DNA of 64,000 bases from Bacteroidales bacterium. GTDB lineage: Bacteria > Bacteroidota > Bacteroidia > Bacteroidales > F082. Shown here in pieces: positions 37,152 through 47,000 of the stretch; position 1 is the first letter of the stretch, and the number at the start of each line of letters is the position of its first letter. Location: the NCBI GenBank assembly GCA_017548125.1, contig JAFYNK010000079.1, positions 20,180 to 84,179 on the forward strand, in the 5' to 3' direction. The notes below the pieces were generated by a model. That model worked only from the letters and a program-made list of their open reading frames with translations, made no database searches and was not told the origin of the DNA. A program made the translations under genes and the position numbers.

Positions 37152-37547
37152 TTATATTTTGAGTTTTATATTTTGAGCGTCTATTTTATCACTCTTGTCG
37201 CCGCACTCATGTTCCGAGCATCCTAATCCTGAGTCTGAAATCTCACCTTTAAGATACGACCTGACAAGTTCATCAACATTGCCAGAGCAGCCACGAATCA
37301 CATTGATATTATGTGCATTGAGTTTATTTTTAGCTCCTTCGCCCATATTGCCTGCAAGCATCATAACGACGCCGAGTTCTTGCAAATCGGCAGCGATTCC
37401 TGATTTGCAGCCGCAACCTTGAGGAGAAGCCATAGTCTCTCTATTTACAATATTATTATCTTCTATAGTAAAAATAGTGTAATGGTCACAATGTCCGAAA
37501 TGATCATCAACACGTTCATCTCTTGTTGGAACAGCTATTTTCATCAT
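37152..37547 (-). CDS. NifB/NifX-family (dinitrogenase FeMo-cofactor-binding-like) domain protein
   Basis: 131 aa. MKIAVPT..VDDHFGHCDHYTIF, the typical N-terminus of this family. Cys-rich tail. Confidence 0.8.
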   Translation of the reverse strand: MMKIAVPTRDERVDDHFGHCDHYTIFTIEDNNIVNRETMASPQGCGCKSGIAADLQELGVVMMLAGNMGEGAKNKLNAHNINVIRGCSGNVDELVRSYLKGEISDSGLGCSEHECGDKSDKIDAQNIKLKI

Positions 37548-37579
37548 TTATGTTTTTAATCAATTAAATTTACTATCTG

Positions 37580-37587
37580 CAAAGATA
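37580..37587 (-). promoter_or_regulatory. -7 box (TAtcTTTG on minus strand) for the NifX-like/gamma-CA pair
   Basis: Reverse complement of caaagata, about 33 nt upstream of the ATG at 37547. Confidence 0.45.
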
Positions 37588-37646
37588 CTTATTTTTGAGT
37601 TTTAGACTTACTATCACTTCAAATAAATTCCATCTTTATCAAAACA

Positions 37647-38879
37647 TCACATATCGTAACTCATTATTTCTGACGGAGGCATGTTTAACATATATAAGTC
37701 TCTCATTTTCTTCATATAAGGTTCAACATGCGAAAAGAAATTATACAAGCCTACGCAAAGCGAATTCAAGCCATCTCCACCCGATTCCGTCTTATCGAAA
37801 CGATGTTTAGGACATTCTCCATGACACAAATGAAAATATTTACATCTAAGACATCTAGCAGGAAGCTTGTTTCTTTTATTTATTCCAAACTCCGTCATCT
37901 TATTTGACGCTACAATCTCTTTTAACGCCTGCTCTTTAATATTACCAAGTTTATATTTCGGATATACAAAATGATCACAAGGATAAACATCACCATTATG
38001 CTCAACCACAGCATTAGCTCCACAAGTCTCAGAATACACGCAAGTTCCAGGACTTACTCCACAATAATTCGCCAAAGTGGAATCAAAAAGATTCACATAA
38101 TAAATCCCGACATCATTTTTCACCCAATAATCGAAAATCTCGCACATAAACGCTCCATATTCAAGTGGATTTACAGACCATGACGTCAGTCTTGAATCAG
38201 CAGAATCTGGAGACGCTATCTTGTCTGATTCATCAACGTATTCGAGCACAGGCATAAACTGCATATAACGGCTTCCTATTTTTTTCAAGAAGTCATACAC
38301 CTCCAGTCCCCTGCCCTCGCTGGCTTTGTTTACCGTCGTCATAGTATTAAACTCAACACCATAACGATGCAACAGTTCTATTCCTTTTAACACTTTATAG
38401 AACGTTGACGTGTCGCCTTTATCTTTTCTATATCTATCATGAATATTTTGTGGCCCGTCAATAGATATACCAACAAGAAAATCATTGCTTTTAAAGAATG
38501 ACGCAAACTCCGCATTCAACAACGTACCATTTGTCTGTATCGTATTATAAATCCTTTTGTCACCTTTGTATTTTCTCTGCAATCTCACTATTGTTTCAAA
38601 ATAGTCTAGCCCCAAAAGCAATGGCTCGCCACCATGCCAGTCGAAAGTAATCACTTCATTATCGTTAATCTCGATATATTCTCTGATACATTTTTCAAGA
38701 ATCTCAACAGGCATCACCGATTCCTTTTCATACAACCCGACCTTATCGAGATAATAACAATATGAACAATTCAAATTACACAAAGACCCGATAGACTTAA
38801 ACATCATGTTAAACCTCAACGGTTTAGACATTCTAACGGCATCCGACAACGTAAGAGTATTTTTCAGAACATCACTCAT
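37647..38879 (-). CDS. anaerobic sulfatase-maturating enzyme (radical SAM/SPASM)
   Basis: 410 aa. CNLNCSYCYY radical-SAM cluster motif and Cys-rich SPASM C-terminus (CVYSETCG..., CLRCKYFHLCHGECPKHR). Confidence 0.9.
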   Translation of the reverse strand: MSDVLKNTLTLSDAVRMSKPLRFNMMFKSIGSLCNLNCSYCYYLDKVGLYEKESVMPVEILEKCIREYIEINDNEVITFDWHGGEPLLLGLDYFETIVRLQRKYKGDKRIYNTIQTNGTLLNAEFASFFKSNDFLVGISIDGPQNIHDRYRKDKGDTSTFYKVLKGIELLHRYGVEFNTMTTVNKASEGRGLEVYDFLKKIGSRYMQFMPVLEYVDESDKIASPDSADSRLTSWSVNPLEYGAFMCEIFDYWVKNDVGIYYVNLFDSTLANYCGVSPGTCVYSETCGANAVVEHNGDVYPCDHFVYPKYKLGNIKEQALKEIVASNKMTEFGINKRNKLPARCLRCKYFHLCHGECPKHRFDKTESGGDGLNSLCVGLYNFFSHVEPYMKKMRDLYMLNMPPSEIMSYDM

Positions 38880-38883
38880 AATA

Positions 38884-40365
38884 TCATTGGAACTTAAACA
38901 ATTCCGATTCCGTTCTCGACACTTTCATCAAAGAATCCATTTCAGCTACTATTTCAGGATATTCGTCTGCCACATCATTCTTTTCAGAAACATCATCCGC
39001 AAGATTATACAGCTCTATTTTTCCATTATTGTGGACATCATACTTCACTGCTTTCCAGTCACCTTTTCTTATCGCCTGTCTGCCATTATTTTCATGAAAT
39101 TCCCAGTAAAGGTAATCATGTTCTTTTTGTTTTCCATTACCTTTAAGCTCATCAAGATACGAAACGCCATCAATATTTTCTGGAAGTTCAGCATTGATGA
39201 TTTCTGCCACTGTTGGCAAGAAATCCCAGAATGCCGAAACATGTTCCGATTTAGAGTTTTTCTTGACTGTCTTATTCCATTTAACTATGAATGGCACTCT
39301 TATTCCGCCTTCATAGAGGTCACGTTTATATCCGTGCAGTTCACCATTGCTATTGAAAAAATCAGGGTCAGCGCCGCCCTCAAGATGAGGGCCGTTATCA
39401 GACGTAAAGACAATCATTGTGTTATCTGCTATTCCCAAGCTATCTAAGGTAGCGCAGATTTCACCCACCTGTTTATCTAGCACCGACACCATAGCCGCGA
39501 ATGTTGCATGAGTATATTTCTGGGAGCCGTAGCCACCATTTTTGTAATACATGCCATCATCACATCCATTGTATGCCACTTCTTTTTCAAAGGCCGGGTC
39601 GCCCACAAACGGAAGCAGCTCTTTTTCCGGGACTTTCAATTCAGCATGAGGTATGACGGAAGTGTACCACATAAAAAAAGTAGTATCTCTATTTTCCTTT
39701 ATAAAATCGAGAGCTTCTTTATGTATAATGTAGGGAGCGTAATCGTTTTCATCTTTCTCCTTATTGCCATCCAGCACAATTTTTTCATCATTATGCCACA
39801 AATGATAAGGGAAATAGTTATGAGCCTGACGCTGACAATTATAGCCGAAGAACTCATCGACACTTTGATTTTCGGGAGCGCCTTCCGTGCCAGGAGCGCC
39901 AAGTCCCCACTTGCCGAAAACAGATGTCTTATAGCCATTATCTTTCAACAATTTAAATATGGTATAAGTATCGGTGGGCAGAGGATGTTGACCTTCAACA
40001 GGCATCTCTTTATTACCTCTTATCACAGTATGGCCTGTATGCTGTCCAGTAATAAGGCAACTTCTTGATGGCGCACTCACCGACGAACCCGAATAATGCT
40101 GAGTAAACAACATCCCTTGAGAAGCCAGTTTATCTATATTTGGAGTTGAAAACTTCTCCTGCCCCATGCACGACAAATCGGCATATCCCAAATCATCAGC
40201 AAGAACAAAGATTATATTAGGATTCTCCTTAGGTTCAGCATTATGAGTTCCAACGACAGTCAACACTGCAATCGTTGGTATGCATGATGACAGAGTCGCT
40301 GCGCTCAATGCGACTGTGGAACATCTAAGAATTCGTTTACATCTTTCTTTTTTCATCAGTGTCAA
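38884..40365 (-). CDS. sulfatase (arylsulfatase family), Ser-type formylglycine motif
   Basis: 493 aa. Signal/lipoprotein-like N-terminus, IIFVLADDLGYADL, FGly motif S-A-P-S-R-S-C-L-I-T-G (Ser codon 40075..40077), TSDNGP. Confidence 0.9.
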   Translation of the reverse strand: MTLMKKERCKRILRCSTVALSAATLSSCIPTIAVLTVVGTHNAEPKENPNIIFVLADDLGYADLSCMGQEKFSTPNIDKLASQGMLFTQHYSGSSVSAPSRSCLITGQHTGHTVIRGNKEMPVEGQHPLPTDTYTIFKLLKDNGYKTSVFGKWGLGAPGTEGAPENQSVDEFFGYNCQRQAHNYFPYHLWHNDEKIVLDGNKEKDENDYAPYIIHKEALDFIKENRDTTFFMWYTSVIPHAELKVPEKELLPFVGDPAFEKEVAYNGCDDGMYYKNGGYGSQKYTHATFAAMVSVLDKQVGEICATLDSLGIADNTMIVFTSDNGPHLEGGADPDFFNSNGELHGYKRDLYEGGIRVPFIVKWNKTVKKNSKSEHVSAFWDFLPTVAEIINAELPENIDGVSYLDELKGNGKQKEHDYLYWEFHENNGRQAIRKGDWKAVKYDVHNNGKIELYNLADDVSEKNDVADEYPEIVAEMDSLMKVSRTESELFKFQ

Positions 40366-40382
40366 TTCTTCATTCTACTATA

Positions 40383-40390
40383 CAAAGATA
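40383..40390 (-). promoter_or_regulatory. -7 box (TAtcTTTG on minus strand) for the sulfatase-anSME operon
   Basis: Reverse complement of caaagata, 18 nt upstream of the ATG at 40365. Confidence 0.45.
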
Positions 40391-40447
40391 ACTTTTTTAG
40401 AACGACATTATAATTATAATGCAAAAAATAACAGTATTTATTCATTG

Positions 40448-40798
40448 TCAATATTTTATCAACATCACTTCATGTTCATTCACGAGTCTGTACGCATAAT
40501 CATACACTATTCTATACTCCTCATTTTTTTTCGTTTTATGAACACCTGTTATCTTATCAAAATCAAAATCACGATTCACAAGTTCACATTTCTTCACCAA
40601 AGTCTTATTGTTTTTAGAAAGCAACCTTAATATCTCCCGATTCTGCAACAATATAGCATTTGTATTTTTAACCAATATAATTGTGTCTTTCTTATTATTA
40701 TGATGATAGTTATTACGGCACATATCATCACAATATTTTTTATCGGAACGTCCATGCAATGTCGCTCCACAGAAAAGGCAAGTTCCACTCTCCACCAC
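40448..40798 (-). CDS. hypothetical zinc-ribbon protein
   Basis: 116 aa. N-terminal CLFCG...KKYCDDMCRNNYH (CxxC...CxxxC). Confidence 0.45.
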   Translation of the reverse strand: MVESGTCLFCGATLHGRSDKKYCDDMCRNNYHHNNKKDTIILVKNTNAILLQNREILRLLSKNNKTLVKKCELVNRDFDFDKITGVHKTKKNEEYRIVYDYAYRLVNEHEVMLIKY

Positions 40799-40822
40799 AG
40801 AAGACGTTTTTATATCATTATA

Positions 40823-41470
40823 TCAGTTTGAAAACACATAGAAAATTATATTCGCCCCCATTTTCAGAGCCTTGAGACGAGTCTCTTCAGAATCATAATG
40901 CACTCTTTGGTCCTCCCAGCCGTCTCCCAGGTCACATTCATAGGTAAGAAGACAAACGAGTCTTCCCTCATACATCAATGCGAACGCCTGTGGCGCCTTA
41001 TTGTCGTGTTCGTGAATTTTAGGCAAGCCTTCTGGAAAATTATATGGATTTTGGAATATCGGATGCGAATAGGGCAGCTCAACCCATTGTAATTCTGGAA
41101 ACACCTTTTGCATCTGACTCATAGCGTAATCCTTCATTCCATAGTTATCATCGATATGAAGGAAGCCTCCAGCCATCAAATAGTTTCTGACATTTAACGC
41201 TTCTCTATCATCAAAAACCACATTACCATGACCTGTCATGTGAATGAAAGGATAATTAAATATATCAGGGCTGCCAGCATCCACCGTCGCAACGTTGGCA
41301 TTCAAATCTGTACCTAAAGACTGATTACAGAATTTGACAAGATTAGGCAGAGATGTAGGGTTAGAATACCAGTCTCCGCCGCCTCTATATTTAAGGAGAG
41401 CTATCTGTGTCTTTTGCGCGAACACATCGCACGACAACAAGACAAACAACATGAAGAATATTTTTTTCAT
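40823..41470 (-). CDS. DUF4159 domain-containing protein
   Basis: 215 aa. Signal peptide, LKYRGGGDWYSNPTSLPNL and FIHMTGHGNVVF, as I recall for DUF4159. Confidence 0.7.
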   Translation of the reverse strand: MKKIFFMLFVLLSCDVFAQKTQIALLKYRGGGDWYSNPTSLPNLVKFCNQSLGTDLNANVATVDAGSPDIFNYPFIHMTGHGNVVFDDREALNVRNYLMAGGFLHIDDNYGMKDYAMSQMQKVFPELQWVELPYSHPIFQNPYNFPEGLPKIHEHDNKAPQAFALMYEGRLVCLLTYECDLGDGWEDQRVHYDSEETRLKALKMGANIIFYVFSN

Positions 41471-41497
41471 AAAATTTTGGTTTAGGTTTGTTTAATA

Positions 41498-42205
41498 TTA
41501 TTTCATCTGGTTAATCAGCTGTATCGTATGGCATGCCACCACCGCAGCTGTTTCTGTTCTCAGGCGTGCTTCCCCAAGGCTTACAGGCACGAATCCGTTA
41601 GCCTTTGCAAGCTCGACTTCCTCTTTGCTAAAATCACCTTCCGGACCAATCAGCACTATTGCATTTTCACCTTTTTTATACAAATCGCACAGCTGTTCAT
41701 TAACATCATCATCAATCCATGCGATAAACTTCTGTCCGTCAAAATCCTGTTTCACCAACTTATCAAACGACACCATTTCCTCAACGGCAGGCATCTTAGA
41801 CTTAACAGACTGTTTCATTGCAGCTACAACTATTTTTTTAAAACGCTCAACGTTTGCCACGCGGCGTTCGGAATGATACGATGCAAAAAGCTTAACTTCA
41901 TCAATACCTATTTCCGTAGCTTTTTCAAGAAACCATTCTGTTCTTTCGTTTAGTTTAGTAGGAGCTATCGCTATCGTCAGCTTAAAGCTTTTAATATCAT
42001 AGCCGCTTCTTTGATTGGACAGATCGGCCATAGCTCTTTTAGGATGAGCATCAACGAGCTCAGCATCAAACAAAGAACCATTTCCATTAGTGACGCAGAA
42101 ACGATCTCCCTCCTTCATACGAAGAACCTTGACAATATGTTTCGATTCCTCTTCTGGGAAGGAGATAGTTCCTAATTGTGCGTCGGGCAGATAAAAGACA
42201 TTCAT
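41498..42205 (-). CDS. rsmE: 16S rRNA (uracil1498-N3)-methyltransferase
   Basis: 235 aa. HIVKVLRMKEGD PUA-like N-terminus, IGPEGDFS and RLRTETAA SPOUT motifs. Confidence 0.9.
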   Translation of the reverse strand: MNVFYLPDAQLGTISFPEEESKHIVKVLRMKEGDRFCVTNGNGSLFDAELVDAHPKRAMADLSNQRSGYDIKSFKLTIAIAPTKLNERTEWFLEKATEIGIDEVKLFASYHSERRVANVERFKKIVVAAMKQSVKSKMPAVEEMVSFDKLVKQDFDGQKFIAWIDDDVNEQLCDLYKKGENAIVLIGPEGDFSKEEVELAKANGFVPVSLGEARLRTETAAVVACHTIQLINQMK

Positions 42206-42219
42206 CTTTTTATGTGTTT

Positions 42220-44031
42220 TTACATTTTATTTGGCATTGATATTCCCAACAAGCCAGCTGCGTTACGGAGCAATCTTGCTGTCATATCTGCCAACTGAAG
42301 TCTGAACTCTCTACGTTTAGCATCATCTTCTTTCATGATACTGCATTCTTGATAGAACTGATTGAAGTCTTTTGCCAAGTCATAGATATAGTTAGCAATC
42401 ATAGCAGGGCTTCTATTTATAGCAGCTTGTTCCAAGACAGAAGGCCAGTTATAGATATTCACCAACAGCATCTTTTCTTTTGGCTGCAAATCTGTAACAG
42501 GTATTTCATTACCGAAAGTAATACCGTTTTCCAAAGCTTTACGAATCACTGAGCTGATACGAGCGTGCGTATATTGAATAAACGAAGCCGTATTGCCATT
42601 AAAGTCGATAGATTCTTGTGGATCGAAGAGCATTGTCTTCTTAGGGTCAACTTTAAGTATAAAGTATTTCAATGCGCCGATACCGATCATATCATACAAT
42701 TTATTTGATTCCTCTTCGCTAAGTCCGTGAGCCTTGCCGAGTTCTTCTGATACAGCCTTTGCTGTTTTAACCATTTCGTCCATCAAGTCATCAGCATCGA
42801 CCACAGTACCTTCACGAGATTTCATCTTGCCGTTTGGCAACTCTACCATACCGTATGAAAGGTGTTCTATATCATTACCCCAGTCACGACCCAATCTAAC
42901 GAGGACACGTTTAAGCACATCGAAGTGATAATTTTGTTCATTACCGACAACATATATCAATTTCTTTGGCTGATATTCTTCGTAGCGTAATTGAGCTGTT
43001 CCCAAGTCTTGAGTCATATATACCGATGTTCCATCTTTACGGAGCAAGAGCTTTTCATCAAGACCCTCGTTTCTCAAATCGCACCATACAGAACCGTCTT
43101 CTCTTCTATAAAGGACGCCATTATCAAGGCCTTCGTTCACCAATTCTTTTCCTAAGAGATATGTTTGTGATTCATAATAAATTTTTTCAAAAGAAACACC
43201 TAGTCTTTCATAGGTAACGTCAAATCCATCATAAACCCACTGGTTCATAGTCTCCCACAACTGACGAATATCCTTATCGCCAGCTTCCCATTTTCTGAGC
43301 ATCTCGCGTGTTTCCTGCATCAAGGTTGAATTTTCCTCAGCTGCTGCTTTTGCCTTTTCCTTTTCATCATCGCTAAGTTCATCATAATTGGCAGGAAGCA
43401 ATTGTTTAACTTCCTCTTTATAATGCTTATCAAACAAGACATAGAAGTCACCGATAAGGTGGTCGCCTTTCTTTCCTGTTGATTCAGGAGTACAGCCATC
43501 ACCCCATTTTTGCCAAGCGATCATACTTTTACAGATATGAATACCTCTGTCGTTAACGAGGTTAACGCGAACAACATTCTCTCCATTTGCTCTTAATATT
43601 TCTGAAACGCTCCAGCCAAGAAGGTTGTTACGAATATGACCAAGGTGTAATGGTTTATTCGTATTAGGAGACGAATATTCAACAACTATAGGACTGCCTT
43701 GAACTTCTTTTCTTCCAAACAATTCTTTCTGATGATTATCAGCGAAGAATGTAAGCCAATAGTTATCAGACACTACAAGGTTAAGAAAACCTTTAACAAC
43801 ATTATATTTTGATATTATTTCACTTTCAGCTAAAATTTCGCGACCTATTTCATCAGCCATAACTTCTGGTGATTTTTTAGCCATTTTCACGAATGGGAAA
43901 ACCACGATAGTAACATCACCTTCGAATTCAGGGCGAGTTTTCTGAAAATTAACTTGTTGTACTGGAGGTTCCTGTCCATACAATTTAGTAAAAGCATTGA
44001 TAAATAGCTGTCTTAAAATTCCTTCTAACAT
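42220..44031 (-). CDS. argS: arginine--tRNA ligase
   Basis: 603 aa. SSPNTNKPLHLGHIRN (HIGH), KMKSREG (KMSK-like), and the DALR anticodon-binding end. Confidence 0.97.
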   Translation of the reverse strand: MLEGILRQLFINAFTKLYGQEPPVQQVNFQKTRPEFEGDVTIVVFPFVKMAKKSPEVMADEIGREILAESEIISKYNVVKGFLNLVVSDNYWLTFFADNHQKELFGRKEVQGSPIVVEYSSPNTNKPLHLGHIRNNLLGWSVSEILRANGENVVRVNLVNDRGIHICKSMIAWQKWGDGCTPESTGKKGDHLIGDFYVLFDKHYKEEVKQLLPANYDELSDDEKEKAKAAAEENSTLMQETREMLRKWEAGDKDIRQLWETMNQWVYDGFDVTYERLGVSFEKIYYESQTYLLGKELVNEGLDNGVLYRREDGSVWCDLRNEGLDEKLLLRKDGTSVYMTQDLGTAQLRYEEYQPKKLIYVVGNEQNYHFDVLKRVLVRLGRDWGNDIEHLSYGMVELPNGKMKSREGTVVDADDLMDEMVKTAKAVSEELGKAHGLSEEESNKLYDMIGIGALKYFILKVDPKKTMLFDPQESIDFNGNTASFIQYTHARISSVIRKALENGITFGNEIPVTDLQPKEKMLLVNIYNWPSVLEQAAINRSPAMIANYIYDLAKDFNQFYQECSIMKEDDAKRREFRLQLADMTARLLRNAAGLLGISMPNKM

Positions 44032-44056
44032 ATTAGTCTTATTTTATTTTGAGGCA

Positions 44057-44064
44057 CAAAGATA
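44057..44064 (-). promoter_or_regulatory. -7 box (TAtcTTTG on minus strand) for argS, inside the 57-nt gap after the Rhs gene
   Basis: Reverse complement of caaagata, 26 nt upstream of the argS ATG, with a T-run upstream. Confidence 0.5.
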
Positions 44065-44088
44065 TAAAAAAAAAGCCAATCTTATTTA

Positions 44089-47000
44089 TTATTTATTACT
44101 TAAAAATATAGAACGCAACAAGCTATAACTGAATGGGAATATAACCTTTTCCTCAAAGTGCGGCTTATAATAATAAGGCAGTATTTCTCCTGGAACAATC
44201 TCGTATATATCGCCGATTATATAAACGAACCCTCTTTCAACCTCAGCTGCTCTTAACAGATAAGTATAGTTATAATCAGGAAATTCTGGCAGCTCTGCAC
44301 GAATCTCTTCCAAACTAGTATTTTTAAATTCCAATCCTCTTTGATTGATTATATTATCTGCGAATTTAGAATTAGTTACGTATGATGCCAATATACGTTC
44401 TGCAACACATGCCAACATCTTCAAATCAAGGCCAAAGTCTTTAAACTTCAATGTTTTCAAAAACGGTTGTCCGCTAAACCAACATCCGAATCCATGCGCA
44501 ATGAAAGATGTAACCGCATGTCCTATCTCTTTATTCTCATAACCTTTCATCAGACATTGAAAATATGCGTTACCGTATCCATCGTCATAATATGGCGGAT
44601 CATAACATTCTTCATTCAAGAAATCCGGCGTATCAAAACATGCGTTCATGAAGCCCCATACCAGAGCATTTCCCATGCCATAATGCGCCGACGTTTTAAT
44701 GCTATTCCAATCATCACCACTGAACTTGAAACTTCCATCACCCAACGACACCATCTTATTGACACCAGATGTGATTCCGCCCATTGCAGTATAAACTCCA
44801 ACTTGAAGAAGCCACGACTGTCCAAGCGTATATTCCGTCAAAAAGCCTTTAACGAAACCAACGCCAAACAACAAACCGAACTCCGCAAAAGAATCGATAT
44901 TTTGCGCATTTAAAAGCACATTAGCCGCTCCGCCGACAACTCCCATAACAACACTTTGTATCACTTCTCCAGAAGGGTCATTATACCTCAGCGGATTATT
45001 CATGCAATAACTATATCTATTAAAATTCTGTGACATCTGAGGCATCTGAATATTATTATCAGGACTCAACATCATAGACATCAACGGATCATAGACTCTT
45101 CCATTCATATTTATCAATCCAAAACCAAGAAGATGCTCATGCCCAGTATAGCCTCTATCATATAACAATGATTGCTTATCACAACAAGCCGTCCAATCAT
45201 CAAAATCCCGAATATTACCCCAAGCATCAAAGCTCACTTCTTGAACTATTTCAGACCGCTCATCCGTGATAACATTCCAAGAACCAATATTATCTTTATG
45301 AACATAATTATATGATTTACATCCATCTTCATCTAAGGCGCACACAGCAAAAACACCACACGGCCCGTCTATATATGTGTAGATACATCTCTTCCCACCT
45401 TCTTCAACAATCTCGCAATTACCTGCATACGTTTTGGTCTTCAGTTCGCCACCGACCTGCATCTTCATATAGATTCTATTATTATCATAACCATAATTTA
45501 TATGTGCAAAATCATCGCCTCTCGTTATACTCAACAAATCATCAAACGACGAATAATTTGTTTTCTGGCTTAATCCTAAAAACACATCATCAGCATCTGT
45601 CTTCGCCTTAACAATAGCATTAGGTCGTTGTGTATCATACACAGTAGAATAAATAAGTCTAACCCCATTGACTTCTTTTCCAACAATATTACCCAAATTA
45701 TCATACTGCATTTTTGCAGTTTCAACGCCATTCAATCTAATTCCAAGCAATCTATCCAAATCATCATATTCAAACTCTTCAACGACATTAGTTCCCGTTG
45801 ACTTTTTTCTAGATACCATATTGCCGAAATCGTCGTAATGATAACCTAAGTCCTGTATCACTTCATTTTGGCTTTTGGTTATAATGTTTTTCAGAAAAAA
45901 CGTTTGGGGATCATACATATACCTGGTTTCAACTCCATTTCCAAACGTACATTCCGTCACAAGACCATTTGCATTAATTTCATCAGTCTTCCACAACACT
46001 TTATTGTCATCTGCATCTTTTATTTCTTTTTCATAACCCGAATTTGAATATAATGTTGATATTGTCAATCCAGATGGATATGTGGTTGAAGAGACCCGAC
46101 TTGCCTTATCATATTTGTATGATGTTCTATACTCTTCACCATTTATTATTTCAACAGACTCAATCATACGTAAATATTTATCATAGGTATAACTAATGCT
46201 ATGGTTTTCAGATGTTACAATCTTATTCAACACACCATTTTCACCTTTTTCAACACCATACATCCAATGTGTTATAACCTCATTTTTAGAAGCACCGTCT
46301 TTTACCTTTTTCGACACCATTCTTCCTGCAACATCGTATTCTAATTCCATCACACCATCTTTAGGATTCATTATTTTTACAATATTACCAAACGCATCAT
46401 ATTCATAAGACACGGAACCATAATTCGGGTCATATAATGACTTTCTATTTCTTCGACCATCATACGTTACAGTAATCTTTGTCTTTGAATTATCACCTAC
46501 TTGAGCTGATTTCATCAGGCCATCACTATAATATTCATATTTTACAACATTACCAGCCATCTCTTCTGTTTCCACCAGCCAATTCATATAATTATATGTA
46601 TTAATTCTTAAACGTCTTGCGCCGTCTCTTCCTATTATTCCTGTAACAATGGTATTTCCATTATACGAAGTTGTTGTTAAAACATTATTCGGATGTTTTG
46701 TCTGAACATTTCTATTATATTTATCATACTCGTGCGTAACATATTGTTTTTCTTCACTTTCACGATATGGCAAACTTTGCCGTTCCACATTACCGAAATC
46801 ATCATAATATTTATCCACAAAAATTGCATTTCCATTCATATCAAAGGTAACATTCCTCAACTCAGCACCTGATTTATGATAAAAAACCATTTTCTCTGCG
46901 TTGCCTGTACCTTTTTCCCAGCTATAAAACAAAGCTCCTGAAGGCGCGTATTTATTACCTGACGCCCATCTCAATGCGCTTGCATTTTGCAATCCATCTG

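Noticed and set aside
38806-40068. 213-aa and 186-aa plus-strand ORFs (38806..39447, 39508..40068) opposite the sulfatase gene
   Set aside because: They are antisense to a sulfatase with all its family motifs. The translations are Ile/Phe-rich nonsense. Shadow ORFs.
44032-44088. Search for an Rhs immunity ORF between the Rhs stop and argS
   Set aside because: The gap is only 57 nt and is occupied by the argS promoter box. No start-to-stop frame fits.
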